Source of the DNA: a virus
Taxonomy: Duplodnaviria > Caudoviricetes
Virus record (IMG/VR): IMGVR_UViG_3300029955_000001
Strand: one strand, 5' to 3'
DNA: 64,000 bases
This document shows positions 46,786 through 57,622 of the stretch, piece by piece. The position numbers and the translations under genes are program-made. Numbering within the stretch: the first letter of the stretch is position 1; every line of letters begins with the position of its first letter. The notes under the pieces are model-generated. The model saw only the letters and a program-made list of their open reading frames with translations. It ran no database searches and was not told where the DNA came from.

Positions 46786-47791
46786 CTACCCATTTTTCAA
46801 TTTGTTTCTCTACATCGCCTATAGATTGCATAGCGTCAATTTCAACCATGCGGTGCGATTTAACTCGTAAGCGCGCTAAATAACCGGCGTGTACCCGTTC
46901 TTTAAAAGCAGTTTCTTCCGTATCAAAATGATTAATGTCCGTATTACGAGCAGTTAACCGTTTAATGCTTTCTTCTAAGGTAATATTAAAAAATAGCGTA
47001 TAATCTGGTTCAAAAATATCACATACTAATTTTTCCAGTGTTGACACAACATCATGTAACCCACGACCATATCCTTGATACGCGCTAGTGCTATCCGTAA
47101 AACGGTCAGAAATAACTATTTTACCATCTGCGATGGCTGGTTTTATCAACGTATCTAAATGATCAGATCTAGCCGCAGCAAAAAGTAAAGCTTCTGTTTT
47201 AGGACACATCTTTTCACTGAGAAGTAGACCTCTTATTTTTTCAGCTAACGGACTACCACCAGGTTCACGTGTCTGGATAACATCGTATCCTTTTTCTCTA
47301 AGGTAATTTACTAAGAACTTTGTCATTGTAGATTTACCAGCGCCATCAATTCCTTCCACGCTGACCATCCGACCCTTCGACATAATTTTTGATTCTTGTT
47401 TATGTGTAAAACCGAAAGCACATATACAATCTTCAGCCATTGTCATCAGCGGGAAACAACCGAAGTAAACAACATTACCATATTCAATATCGATTGAATA
47501 GAAACTCGGGTCACCATTAATTAAACCAATTGATTTAGATTTTGTATTTGGGTCCATTATCAGTGTTCTGATCCACTTAGATAATAGCGCATTAAAAACA
47601 TGAAAACGTAATCCATCTACTTTTATATTAATGCGCCTGCAATCAGAAACACTTTCTTCGATACTTAAAAGATAAAATGGCATACTAATCATTTCTATTT
47701 GTACAGATAGTAATTCTTGATCTTCGTCTGATTTATCAAAAGCACTAGGGTAACGTTTAATTTTAACTACGTTCATGATTGGATCTTTCAA
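46745..47791 (-). CDS. tmk: thymidylate (dTMP) kinase with N-terminal extension
   Basis: EGIDGAGKST P-loop, TREPGG, LFAAAR, DRF; kinase core begins at 47383. Confidence 0.92.
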   Translation of the reverse strand: MKDPIMNVVKIKRYPSAFDKSDEDQELLSVQIEMISMPFYLLSIEESVSDCRRINIKVDGLRFHVFNALLSKWIRTLIMDPNTKSKSIGLINGDPSFYSIDIEYGNVVYFGCFPLMTMAEDCICAFGFTHKQESKIMSKGRMVSVEGIDGAGKSTMTKFLVNYLREKGYDVIQTREPGGSPLAEKIRGLLLSEKMCPKTEALLFAAARSDHLDTLIKPAIADGKIVISDRFTDSTSAYQGYGRGLHDVVSTLEKLVCDIFEPDYTLFFNITLEESIKRLTARNTDINHFDTEETAFKERVHAGYLARLRVKSHRMVEIDAMQSIGDVEKQIEKWVDEVFVPNNPLAKE

Positions 47792-47822
47792 ATTAGTTAA
47801 CTGCTGCTGCGCTACAGTCTAC

Positions 47823-47857
47823 CACACTAGTGATATATAGCTAAAATAAATTGGAAT
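47823..47857 (-). promoter_or_regulatory. degenerate copy of promoter-like motif
   Basis: CACAC-N-GATATATAGCTAAAATAAATTGGAAT. Confidence 0.45.
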
Positions 47858-47913
47858 AGCAAAAAAAAACTACTCCGGGAACATCAGAGTAGTTTATAGT
47901 TTAACACACAACG

Positions 47914-48243
47914 CTATATGCGCTGTATCAGTACCGGTCTAATCTTCCCTGCTTTAAATACAATACGTTTACCTTCAATCACAATTTCCAAATTCTTTGG
48001 AAAGAATCCCATCCTATTAAGCTGGTTAAAAATAGAATTGATGGTAAACATATTAGCGCGTCTCAACACATCCGGTCTATCGACAATGAATGGGTATGGT
48101 ACAATCCCGCCCATCGGGCATTGTACCCACGCAATTCCGTGTCGTTTGCCTTTACCGATATCTTTGCTAATTCCAATACGAACATTCAGTGTAAAGAAAT
48201 CAAAGAAAATATAAAGAAGACTTTCGATAAAGTTTAATTGCAT
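47914..48243 (-). CDS. hypothetical protein
   Basis: 109-aa ORF with AGGAG RBS. Confidence 0.6.
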   Translation of the reverse strand: MQLNFIESLLYIFFDFFTLNVRIGISKDIGKGKRHGIAWVQCPMGGIVPYPFIVDRPDVLRRANMFTINSIFNQLNRMGFFPKNLEIVIEGKRIVFKAGKIRPVLIQRI

Positions 48244-48262
48244 GGTGATTCTCCTGTTGACT

Positions 48263-48772
48263 TTAACCGACTTTCTTTATCTTTTCGTCTCGAGTCCAAA
48301 CTGATGACATTGGTCCCGCTGTTGCTGGGACTTTCACGTTTGGGAGTTCATTTACTTTATCGGCATTGATGACCGGTAGTGAAGTCCTTACGCTGACCGC
48401 GTCTGTAGTAAGATCATTAATAACTGGAAGAGTATTTACAATTTCGTTATCCTTTCCATAAGTCACTAACGCGTGCGGGATATAGCCTTGCTCCTTTGCT
48501 GCTTCCCATAAAAACACGAATGTGAATAGATCGAGTTTCGGCGGTGTGGTTAAACCGACAAACACAAAACGAATGTTTGTTTCTTTTAGTTCTTGTTTAT
48601 GATGACTGGCGTTGAGTGTCCCGTGTTCTCCAAAGAAGTTTGCTTCCTTGTGAAAGCGTACTTCCAATTCGTGAAACACTTGCCTACGCTGTACTTTCTT
48701 AATTAAGAAAGCCCCGATAAAAGAAGCAATTGCCAGCATGGCAAGAATGCCGTACATTATGTTTGTATTCAT
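48263..48772 (-). CDS. membrane-anchored hypothetical protein
   Basis: N-terminal TM helix; AGGAG RBS. Confidence 0.7.
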   Translation of the reverse strand: MNTNIMYGILAMLAIASFIGAFLIKKVQRRQVFHELEVRFHKEANFFGEHGTLNASHHKQELKETNIRFVFVGLTTPPKLDLFTFVFLWEAAKEQGYIPHALVTYGKDNEIVNTLPVINDLTTDAVSVRTSLPVINADKVNELPNVKVPATAGPMSSVWTRDEKIKKVG

Positions 48773-48946
48773 TTTTTATTTCTCCTAAGTTATTTTAAAA
48801 TCACATGTTCAGTTTGATTACTAGATGCTTCAATAGGGGCCATAAAACCACCTATAGAAAGCAAAGCAAACAAACCAAGTAATTTCAACAAATCCAAAAT
48901 CTTTGTTTTCATTATACTCTCCGTAAATGGACAAGATTGTTTTAAT

Positions 48947-48980
48947 CTCACTTGTAGGATATATGTCTCAAATTTTCTGG
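48947..48980 (-). promoter_or_regulatory. copy of promoter-like motif
   Basis: CTCAC-TTGTAG-GATATATGTCTCAAATTTTCTGG. Confidence 0.6.
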
Positions 48981-49024
48981 GTTACTAAAACATATAGCGA
49001 TTTGATATTTTTTGAACAATCGGG

Positions 49025-49060
49025 CATAAAACCAGAGCGATTCAGTAAGCTCTGGTTTTA
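49025..49060. terminator. hairpin terminator; related copies at 51141-51172 and 59588-59622
   Basis: CATAAAACC(C)AGAG...CTCTGG(G)TTTT stem shared by three intergenic hairpins. Confidence 0.6.
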
Positions 49061-49070
49061 TATTTTTTAA

Positions 49071-50219
49071 TCAAAAACGATACGTCGTTGCGAATACAGT
49101 TGTAGTCCATGACGCGTTATTTGCGTTATAGTTTTCCCACTGTAGCCCATGTCCGCGATGTTCCTCTAACGAAAATGTCCATCTGCTATAATCGTACGTT
49201 ACGCCTAATACAGTGTCCTTTTCACTACCCGTAGTATTGCCGTTTCCAGTACTCTCTGAAATATATGTGTAAATTTCATCTGTCCAATTATAACCTGCTA
49301 AAAAATAAAAAGTATTATAACTAGATACATTTTTAAATGGTCCTGTTAAGCCAGCTTCGTAATAGCTATCGTGACGCAATTCCGTTTCAAGAGAATAACC
49401 GTTTTTACTATAAGAAATGCCAAAGCTGGTGCTTATGTATTTAACATGTGATTCGTTATCGATTATTTGAATTGCAATAGGATTTAAAACATTTGGGGGT
49501 ACTGCCCCTCCAGTAAAAACATTCTGGCTATTTGGGTTTTCTAAGGTAACACCACCGCGCCATATACTACGTGCTAAAATAAAACCAAATGAATCAGTTT
49601 CATAATTCAATGAGTAATCATAGTTCCCTTTTTCTCCTACTTGTCTATAGTCGTCTGTGCATGGCGGACCATTGATCTCTAACTGTACGTGACAAGCGTC
49701 TTCTATATGTGTCAAACCATAATCAAAACGCGTAAGTAGTACACCATTACCCACTTTGCTTTTAACGACTACGTTTATACCGTTGATGGCTGTAAATGTT
49801 TCGTTATCGACCATGCGCCTATCGTATAAACCTAAAGGTAACATTGCTACTCCGGCAGTAGCAGGAGAATCAGTGACGTTATTATAAAAGGTAGTTAATC
49901 TGATAAATTTTCCTAATTGAATAGTAACATCGTTATCGGCATTCAACTCGAAAGACTTCTCTATTACAGCACGACGTACTACTTGATTATACGGGGCTGA
50001 TATCTGAGCACGAAATGCATACTCGCCATAACTAACATCCGTGTTAACAGCTAACTCAGATTTATTTGGATAAAAATTTCTATTACTAAACGTCGTTCCG
50101 TCAATAAAACCTGAGAAAGTCGTGTTCAGCTCTTGTGCTGTGCATTGTGTCACAAATAATGCACTAATCAGCAATATGCAAAACTTTAACATCGTTTCCT
50201 CCAAAATTAATAATAACAT
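49071..50219 (-). CDS. porin-like outer-membrane beta-barrel protein
   Basis: signal peptide, alternating beta-strand pattern, C-terminal aromatic YRF. Confidence 0.65.
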   Translation of the reverse strand: MLLLILEETMLKFCILLISALFVTQCTAQELNTTFSGFIDGTTFSNRNFYPNKSELAVNTDVSYGEYAFRAQISAPYNQVVRRAVIEKSFELNADNDVTIQLGKFIRLTTFYNNVTDSPATAGVAMLPLGLYDRRMVDNETFTAINGINVVVKSKVGNGVLLTRFDYGLTHIEDACHVQLEINGPPCTDDYRQVGEKGNYDYSLNYETDSFGFILARSIWRGGVTLENPNSQNVFTGGAVPPNVLNPIAIQIIDNESHVKYISTSFGISYSKNGYSLETELRHDSYYEAGLTGPFKNVSSYNTFYFLAGYNWTDEIYTYISESTGNGNTTGSEKDTVLGVTYDYSRWTFSLEEHRGHGLQWENYNANNASWTTTVFATTYRF

Positions 50220-50592
50220 TGTCGCTATCTATATACCCAATCGCACTTCTAGTAGAACTCACACGACGAAGCATTTCATCCGTCGTTTTTACATAGCGAA
50301 CTTCACTTCCCAAACCAGAATTAACCATTTTATTCCATTTCTTATTGTATTCCTCCACTGACATTCCTAATATATCACGTACGAAATGGCGAAATAAATA
50401 AGTATCTTCCGTCATCTGAAAGAGAACTACTTTATCGCCATTTGGCCATCTGTTATATCGCATCAGATAAATATTTCTTATATCAGTCGTACTTAGCTTA
50501 CCTGAATTAACATCCACATTAATAATAACTGATGTGTCGCCGAATGTTAATCCAGTAAAGAAATATAAAAATATCAGAATTAATTTTTTCAT
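50164..50592 (-). CDS. periplasmic substrate-binding-like protein (phosphate ABC/PBP type)
   Basis: signal peptide, IRNIYL...WPNG, V......AIGYID pattern. Confidence 0.7.
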   Translation of the reverse strand: MKKLILIFLYFFTGLTFGDTSVIINVDVNSGKLSTTDIRNIYLMRYNRWPNGDKVVLFQMTEDTYLFRHFVRDILGMSVEEYNKKWNKMVNSGLGSEVRYVKTTDEMLRRVSSTRSAIGYIDSDNVIINFGGNDVKVLHIAD

Positions 50593-51041
50593 CGTCTTTT
50601 TGCCTGTTGCTCGCTTCTTGACTGAGTGTCATCAAGCTGTCGCTGAAGATCAATTGTGATGCGTTTCATTGCATCTACCTTATCAGACATATCTCTAATT
50701 TTATCTACATCAGGCTTCATTGCTGTGGTTGTTTTTTCAATTAAATTAACCCGATCTACGAATGCATCGAATTTTTCAATCGAATGTTCAAGATAATAAC
50801 CAATACCACTGCCGACAATAGCCCATATAACGATGGCTGTTTTAATTAAAGTTTTATTACGGGTTTCGCTAGCATGTACTGTTTCATGCACACGCTCATA
50901 TCGCTGTGCTAGATCATCGTACTTACCGCCAATCGTTTTAATGGCACTATTATTAGATTGACAAATTATTGCTACTGTAGCGTAGAATTGCTGTCTGTCG
51001 ATCAAATCATCTGATCTTGGGGCTAACACTGGTTCATTCAT
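50589..51041 (-). CDS. membrane coiled-coil protein
   Basis: single TM flanked by coiled-coil-like segments. Confidence 0.65.
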   Translation of the reverse strand: MNEPVLAPRSDDLIDRQQFYATVAIICQSNNSAIKTIGGKYDDLAQRYERVHETVHASETRNKTLIKTAIVIWAIVGSGIGYYLEHSIEKFDAFVDRVNLIEKTTTAMKPDVDKIRDMSDKVDAMKRITIDLQRQLDDTQSRSEQQAKRR

Positions 51042-51177
51042 ACAAGCTCCTATTGCTGTACGTCATAATGTTTCCTAAAAGAAAGTTATGGAAAATATAG
51101 CGCACGATCATAGTATTTATTTTTTATTTTATTATTACAGCATAAAACCAGAGTAGAATATTCTACTCTGGTAATGG

Positions 51178-51693
51178 TTAAACTGATGCCTTAAGTGCTA
51201 GCAAAGGTGATTCTGTCAGATGATTCAAACTAGAAAATAAATCAAGTCCAGAAGCTTTTAGACATCCTCCAGATAGTTCGTAACAAAACCAGTTTGTATC
51301 ATCGTTCCAATTACGACTGGGGTCGATAGCTAAGCCTAATACACCGATGTAGTCATACCCTTTCCCTAACTGAGCTTCTAAAAACGCCCTACCAGCTGCT
51401 TGATTAGGCACAACGAAATCAACTGTATCAACTATAGTAGAACCAGATAGCGCAACTGATCGAATTGATTTACGCACACCATAACCAGGCAATGCTTCGT
51501 ATAACACATCCCCAAAATCAATCAACACATGTGACGATATCCCCATAACGAAACGAGAACGTGGTAAAGCATACCGAACAACTAATGACGGAATACTCCA
51601 ATCAGTTTTAGTAAATACCAAACGGATAATGTTTGAAGGTATTTGCGAGGAATCGGTCATTATATCTCCTATTAATTTAGAACTTAATTTCAA
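51178..51693 (-). CDS. permuted papain-like (YiiX/NlpC-P60) amidase
   Basis: SHV...EA N-terminal, GKGYDY, WFCYEL with C-terminal catalytic Cys. Confidence 0.75.
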   Translation of the reverse strand: MKLSSKLIGDIMTDSSQIPSNIIRLVFTKTDWSIPSLVVRYALPRSRFVMGISSHVLIDFGDVLYEALPGYGVRKSIRSVALSGSTIVDTVDFVVPNQAAGRAFLEAQLGKGYDYIGVLGLAIDPSRNWNDDTNWFCYELSGGCLKASGLDLFSSLNHLTESPLLALKASV

Positions 51694-52387
51694 TTCCTAA
51701 CGTTGGCGATACAGCTTTTGACAAACCTTTCAAACCATCAACTTCTGAAGTGTGTGATTGCTCTATCTTTAAGAATAAAGAAATTGGTTCGTTCGCTATT
51801 TTGTAAGGTAACTTGTAGCCAATTGTAGCACCTAAACCATATTGTGTTCTTGCGTCAGCGTTAAGCTGTGAAACAATGGGTCCTACCGCACTAGTGTTGC
51901 CGGGGCCGTACCAATCGTAATTAATTGATTCCAAATGATACGTTGTTGCAGTTAACTGTATTTCACCCCACCAGTTACCATAATTCTGCCGTACTGCAAG
52001 AAAGATATTCGATACAGTCGCCTGCGTTTGCATATGCGACAAAGGCCCACATGGCCCATTACAGTGCGATGCCGAATTAGGATTATAGTTGGCATCGGAG
52101 TTAAGAATCATCGCGTCGGCTGTCATTCTACCGACCCAATCAAAACCAACCCCAAACTGTGTGCCGTATGTATTTATATCTGTGTAAAGACCAAACGATA
52201 CAGACGGCGAAATTAGATGTTCGTTATTAGGAAAACCATTCTGTTTCCAATTTCCATTTGCACTAGGCGTAAACTTTTCTAAACCAAAGTCCACCACTAT
52301 TTCACTGGCGATAGCGACATCGCAACAACTGAGCATTAAGAAAATAATAAACAAACGTAAATACTTGGTAAATTGTTGAGAATGCAT
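51677..52387 (-). CDS. outer-membrane beta-barrel protein
   Basis: signal peptide, amphipathic strands, terminal Phe (GIEIKF). Confidence 0.65.
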   Translation of the reverse strand: MHSQQFTKYLRLFIIFLMLSCCDVAIASEIVVDFGLEKFTPSANGNWKQNGFPNNEHLISPSVSFGLYTDINTYGTQFGVGFDWVGRMTADAMILNSDANYNPNSASHCNGPCGPLSHMQTQATVSNIFLAVRQNYGNWWGEIQLTATTYHLESINYDWYGPGNTSAVGPIVSQLNADARTQYGLGATIGYKLPYKIANEPISLFLKIEQSHTSEVDGLKGLSKAVSPTLGIEIKF

Positions 52388-52537
52388 TTTGATATTTCCT
52401 TAATTTAAATTTTGCGCTTACCGCATTACTTAATACGTGGTGGCTTATTCTTTTTCATTTAACTACTTTTTTAAATAACAACAATATATTAAAAATAGGA
52501 GCACTTAGGTTAATAAGTGCTCCTATTTTCTTTACAC

Positions 52538-55500
52538 TTACTCGTGTGTGAGATAAGTGTAATTTGCTGAGAACGCTTTTCCTTGATCAGCTACATTGAA
52601 AATGAATGTCCCCATGTATGGATCTACGCTGACCTCACCTGGCAGAGGGGCAGTTCCATCTACATGAATATTAATGGCTGACACACCATTAATATTTGCC
52701 GATACTGCACCTTGAGCATCTGTATCGATAGCCAAGAACAATGGGTTAAAATAACCAGTTGTTGTTCCATTGCCAGCAACAATTGCGTTGTCGGAACCAT
52801 TAGAAACAATGGTAGCGGCAGGGCAAGTGCGATTAGCGACAGCTGCAGCAGGGTTCCAGACATTAGTTGGCGTACATATCAAATTAAAGCGAGATTGTGC
52901 TGGGTTAGGTTGAAAGAATGAATTGGTTATTGGCACACCATTAACGATAAGTTGAATAACACCGCCCACCCTTGAAATCCCAAGTGATGTAACGTTACTA
53001 GCTGGCCCTAAATCAGCGCCCCCGTTAATAGGCGGCGTTAAGCCATTGGGTGGGTATATAGCGTGAGCGTGTCCGATACCAGGACTAACCGTTGAGTCAA
53101 TGGAAAACCCCCAAACAATACCACTTCGGCCATTCTGGTCTAACGAGCCAGCCACGCCAACATATCCGATACCAAATTCAATGTCCTTCATATTTACATT
53201 GGTGTTATCCCAGCCATATGTGATTACAAAATCACCAATAACTGTTTTATCTCCAACACTAAATTGCGAGCCGTTCTGATCTAGAAAAACGGTATTGTTA
53301 TTCGCATCCAAAGTAGTTCTAGATGCTGCGTTTGAACGATTTAAATCAATCCCAACTAATCCCGTTTGCCCAGCTGTTGGGACGGGAATGACAGCAAGAT
53401 TAACATCGTTTACATTAATGTAGGCCTTCTTGAAATAGATATTATCTTCGATAGTATTTGTCGTGGCGTTGTCTTTCAACAGACCTTCACAGACAGCAAA
53501 GTTATAGAACTCCGTCACTACAAAAGAAGTACCTGATGCACCATCGACGAAATTAATACTCAGCCCACTGTCGAGTGATTCAACTGCCGTGTGCGTTAAT
53601 TTTGATGTGGTAGACCCAGCTACCCAACTACTACCGTTCCATCCATAACTCGTTTTACCCAGATAAGCTAATGATCCAGCGCCAGCAACTGAATTATCAA
53701 ACGGGTATATGAATAAGGATGAATATATTCCATTTCCCCAACCGCTAACACCCAAACCGTTATAAAGTAGCATAGCAGACATGACGAATAGCACGCCATT
53801 ACCAAGATTCACACAAACAGCCATGTCAGAACCACCGTATGAAGCGAATTCTACGGAATTCGCAACTTTAAAAGAAGGTGAGATATTAACTGGAATACAC
53901 ATTGATGCTGCGTTGGCGTTGCTTTCAGTGAGAGAAGTATCTATTCCACTCCCATCTGGCTTTACAAGATAGAGCTGCGCTCTTCCCCCAGTAGAATTAG
54001 ACAAACTATTCGCGACACCAATCTGAAGAATACGGTCATCTCCGGTAGCGGCTGGTACGAAATTTACACTGTTCAATGCTGAAGTAAAGTTGTTACTGGT
54101 GCCAAAAACATCATCTCCTTGTGTATATACGTTTTTTGTTGGTCCCTGCAACAGTGTTGTATTGTTCGTACCAAACGTTAATGCGTAGTTAGCACTACTC
54201 CACGCGATTACCCACGTGCCATGTGTGGCTGAACACTTTAAGTGACTGCGATTCAAGCGCGGCATACCGTAGCCAGCACCGTTGTCGAGTGCTGAAGTAA
54301 AGTTAACCGCACTACCTAACACTGGCGACCACCAGACGCCAAATGAAGTTGCGTCTACGGTAGCATCAAGTCTACGAACTAACATTAAGTCGCCGCTAAC
54401 ACTACTTGCATCTGCTACCAAATATTCAACATTGGACCAGTTTCCATCACTGATACCTGGTGAATTAAATGCAGGGGTTGTTGTTTGGTTATACGCTGTC
54501 CATGTTGAAATACCATCATAGTTCGCAATGCAGTTATTGCCAACAACCCACACTGAGTTATTGTAACCGGCAGCTACACCATTCGTTGCACTTAAATCAA
54601 TTCCTACAGCTGGCGCTGCTAAGGAAGTTACTGAGCCGGTAACTGGGTTGATTACCCATAAGCCGGTTGCTTTACAGGACACATAAATCAGACCATTCAC
54701 AACAGCAGCTTGCTGAATGTTTGTGAAAGCTGCGGTATAATACCAGTAATCAGAGTTTGCCAGATTATACAGCATGATTCTGTTCATACTTGGGATCACA
54801 ACAGACACTGCATCATACGCCACTGTAGAGCTAATTTGACGTGTGCCAATCTGCGTTAAGTCGCCAAGAAGCCCGCTGTAAATATCTTGTCCAAGCGTTA
54901 CTTGAGCTTCATTGACACCGGCATTGAAATTGTTATATTGAGTATTATTCGTTGGAAAAGAAGTACAAAGTGCTGGCACTGGAGTAAAGTCCTGTGTATT
55001 GCTATTACCATAGTTCGCAAGAACGCTTGGTGAATAACCGAAACATGGCCGCTTAGAGTACGTATATTCTGCGACGCCTACATTGCCGCTTACTACAATG
55101 TTTACATTGTACATTTGTGGAAATTCTCCACTATAGCACTGCCCTGCGTTAGCAGCGGCGTTCTTATTAGCCCAATTTCCAGTTGGAGAAAAATACCCTG
55201 TTCCAGTAGGCAAGCCGTCTACATCTAAAAACTGCAACGTACTACTCTGTGTATGACCAAAAACATTTTGAATGCCCGCTGGCGCAAACGGAACGTCAGC
55301 CATGTGCAGATCGCTTGCACTATCATTGTAGCTAACACCACCAAGCATTACGCCAACCACATCGGTTAGACTAAAATTTCTATTAAATTTATTTTTGAAA
55401 AAGACGCCATTTGTAGAAAAATTAGCAATGCCACTACCCAATGAAGTATGATCAAACATAGGATTCAGTGTAATATTCGGAATGTCGGCGGCTTTAATTA

Positions 55501-56197
55501 CCGGCAATTTAAACACATTACTATTGGCTGAACCGTATAGTGGGGATTTCGAGTTATTGCCATAGATACCAGAGATTCTCTTTGCAATTTCTCTATTCTG
55601 AACAGTCGAGTAATTAGCGGCTTGAGGAAACTGAACACGATAATAGACATCCAATATCTGCGTCGTCGATTGAGGACAGGGTGTCGCTAAACTAGCGTAC
55701 GCGTAAACGTGCGCGTAGTTTAAATACCCTGAAATATCATTCAATTGATTCTGCGTGATTGACGCGCAGTCTGTCAGCATTACTGTGTTAATTAACATAT
55801 TGACAGGTGGCACTGGTATCCGTGTAGTAAATTCAACATATTGTTCTGTACTACCAGACGTCGGAAAGAACGTAGGATTAACTACGTTTGGGATTGCGTT
55901 ACCAATAGCCGTTGTATCAGTAACCCCACTCACGCTGCCTGGTATTGTATTGTTAATACGGCTAGGCGACATCACGCGTGTTGTAACAGCTACGGTATTA
56001 GGTAGTGTGATTAAACCAGAATTGTTACCGTTGCCATCCGCATAGGGAATGTCAGTATTACCAAAACTTATTAAATCAATAAATATATTATCCAAAATAA
56101 TATTCGATTGATCAAAACCACCTTCTATTTCCAATGTTTTTGCATTACGCAAAATGCCAATTGCTCTACCTTTTGGTTTAATTCCCGTTGCATGCAT
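52538..56197 (-). CDS. large virion structural / tail-associated protein
   Basis: 1219 aa, rich in Gly/Ser/Thr/Asn with beta character, in a structural gene cluster. Confidence 0.7.
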   Translation of the reverse strand: MHATGIKPKGRAIGILRNAKTLEIEGGFDQSNIILDNIFIDLISFGNTDIPYADGNGNNSGLITLPNTVAVTTRVMSPSRINNTIPGSVSGVTDTTAIGNAIPNVVNPTFFPTSGSTEQYVEFTTRIPVPPVNMLINTVMLTDCASITQNQLNDISGYLNYAHVYAYASLATPCPQSTTQILDVYYRVQFPQAANYSTVQNREIAKRISGIYGNNSKSPLYGSANSNVFKLPVIKAADIPNITLNPMFDHTSLGSGIANFSTNGVFFKNKFNRNFSLTDVVGVMLGGVSYNDSASDLHMADVPFAPAGIQNVFGHTQSSTLQFLDVDGLPTGTGYFSPTGNWANKNAAANAGQCYSGEFPQMYNVNIVVSGNVGVAEYTYSKRPCFGYSPSVLANYGNSNTQDFTPVPALCTSFPTNNTQYNNFNAGVNEAQVTLGQDIYSGLLGDLTQIGTRQISSTVAYDAVSVVIPSMNRIMLYNLANSDYWYYTAAFTNIQQAAVVNGLIYVSCKATGLWVINPVTGSVTSLAAPAVGIDLSATNGVAAGYNNSVWVVGNNCIANYDGISTWTAYNQTTTPAFNSPGISDGNWSNVEYLVADASSVSGDLMLVRRLDATVDATSFGVWWSPVLGSAVNFTSALDNGAGYGMPRLNRSHLKCSATHGTWVIAWSSANYALTFGTNNTTLLQGPTKNVYTQGDDVFGTSNNFTSALNSVNFVPAATGDDRILQIGVANSLSNSTGGRAQLYLVKPDGSGIDTSLTESNANAASMCIPVNISPSFKVANSVEFASYGGSDMAVCVNLGNGVLFVMSAMLLYNGLGVSGWGNGIYSSLFIYPFDNSVAGAGSLAYLGKTSYGWNGSSWVAGSTTSKLTHTAVESLDSGLSINFVDGASGTSFVVTEFYNFAVCEGLLKDNATTNTIEDNIYFKKAYINVNDVNLAVIPVPTAGQTGLVGIDLNRSNAASRTTLDANNNTVFLDQNGSQFSVGDKTVIGDFVITYGWDNTNVNMKDIEFGIGYVGVAGSLDQNGRSGIVWGFSIDSTVSPGIGHAHAIYPPNGLTPPINGGADLGPASNVTSLGISRVGGVIQLIVNGVPITNSFFQPNPAQSRFNLICTPTNVWNPAAAVANRTCPAATIVSNGSDNAIVAGNGTTTGYFNPLFLAIDTDAQGAVSANINGVSAINIHVDGTAPLPGEVSVDPYMGTFIFNVADQGKAFSANYTYLTHE

Positions 56198-56208
56198 GAT
56201 TTCTTCCT

Positions 56209-57231
56209 CTAGCCAATTGACGAATATGCTGACTGCGTGACAGTCATTGTGAAATGAATACCTCTATTTTTGAATCCACCTGTCATTGTGTCTAACACAA
56301 CTGGAGCAGTCTCTAAAGAACGCGATATGACTGCTTTTGTCATTGCTATTCCTAAGCAACTAAACGCACCCGTCATCGTGTCATTGTTATCCGGCGCAAG
56401 TGTTTCTAATTCACGAGATATAGTGTTCTTTGTAAAATTAATACCACGGGTTACGTTAGCAACGTGTATTGGACTTTTCTCCATCACAGCTAACTCATTG
56501 TTAGCCGGTAACACAGCTGTAACGACACTCCCCTTCAATTGAGAAATAAAACCGTTATTGTTAAGAACGGTGTCGATTCTATACACTGAACCGAGTTCCA
56601 AACCACGGAAATAATTCACCTTAAAAGGAATATGTTGCTCTTCAGTCGTTGATCCGATTTGTAATTTATTCAATTGATAATGCGAAACAAATTGTGTATC
56701 TGTCACTGGCTGGAACACTACCATTCGTTCCGTATTATTCAGCACAACAACACCTAGCTGATTATCCGTTGGTGCTGGTTCTATGCTGTATGGTGGTTTA
56801 ACAATCTGTGTCGCTAAACCAGTTCTTACAAATATTGGAGCAATAGCGGGTGGTTGTGAAAACGTATCTAACGCAACAGAAGTTATCGTAATATCAGCAT
56901 ACTGTTGCCACCGCGTTCCTTGATCAAGCCAGAAACGAAATACTTTATCGTTACGATTGGATGGTTGTTGGAATGTCGACGATGCTTGATTTTGAGGCTC
57001 TAGCCAGGTGACAGGAGACCCTGACAACTGAACCCAGTTATACGTCTGCGGTCCAATTGGAGTCCCTATTAATGTTGCGTCTAGTGTAACGATGTCCTGA
57101 CACGACACCAACATCATTTTTTGCAATTGAATAATTAAACCACCGCCAGCACTACTGCCTCTACGCCTAGATGGATTACCTATTAAAATAGACATATGTG
57201 CCTTTACGCTAGATGAATTGGAAACTACCAA
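56209..57231 (-). CDS. virion structural protein (Ig/PKD-like)
   Basis: YNWVQLSGSPV PKD-like motif; C-terminal internal duplication (ISRELET/ISRSLET...DTMTG). Confidence 0.6.
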   Translation of the reverse strand: MVVSNSSSVKAHMSILIGNPSRRRGSSAGGGLIIQLQKMMLVSCQDIVTLDATLIGTPIGPQTYNWVQLSGSPVTWLEPQNQASSTFQQPSNRNDKVFRFWLDQGTRWQQYADITITSVALDTFSQPPAIAPIFVRTGLATQIVKPPYSIEPAPTDNQLGVVVLNNTERMVVFQPVTDTQFVSHYQLNKLQIGSTTEEQHIPFKVNYFRGLELGSVYRIDTVLNNNGFISQLKGSVVTAVLPANNELAVMEKSPIHVANVTRGINFTKNTISRELETLAPDNNDTMTGAFSCLGIAMTKAVISRSLETAPVVLDTMTGGFKNRGIHFTMTVTQSAYSSIG

Positions 57232-57622
57232 CTAAAGTCATTGATATATTTGCAATAGAAATATCAAACACAGTTGCATCTGTAACTATTTCTAATTTAT
57301 CTCCAGCGTTAAGTGTTATAGCGTTTGTAAATGTAAATACACCAGAATTCGACACGGGAGTAAACAACACACTACCGACAACAGTTCCATTTACTTTAAC
57401 ATTGAGTTGTGAGTTAGACGTAGTTGGTGGCGTGTCGCATGTTGCGAGTGATCCTATTAACAATGCTGGTAATGTTATCGTTCGAACCATTATCATACTG
57501 CCAAATACTTCGCTTGCTGATATTTGATCCAAACAAGAGAAAGGTAAGTCATAAGGCAGCGTCGATGGCATTGGGGCAATATCTGTGTTTTGACCGTATT
57601 GATCACTTCCGTATGATAACAT
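57209..57622 (-). CDS. virion structural protein
   Basis: beta-rich 137-aa ORF in the structural cluster. Confidence 0.6.
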   Translation of the reverse strand: MLSYGSDQYGQNTDIAPMPSTLPYDLPFSCLDQISASEVFGSMIMVRTITLPALLIGSLATCDTPPTTSNSQLNVKVNGTVVGSVLFTPVSNSGVFTFTNAITLNAGDKLEIVTDATVFDISIANISMTLVGSFQFI

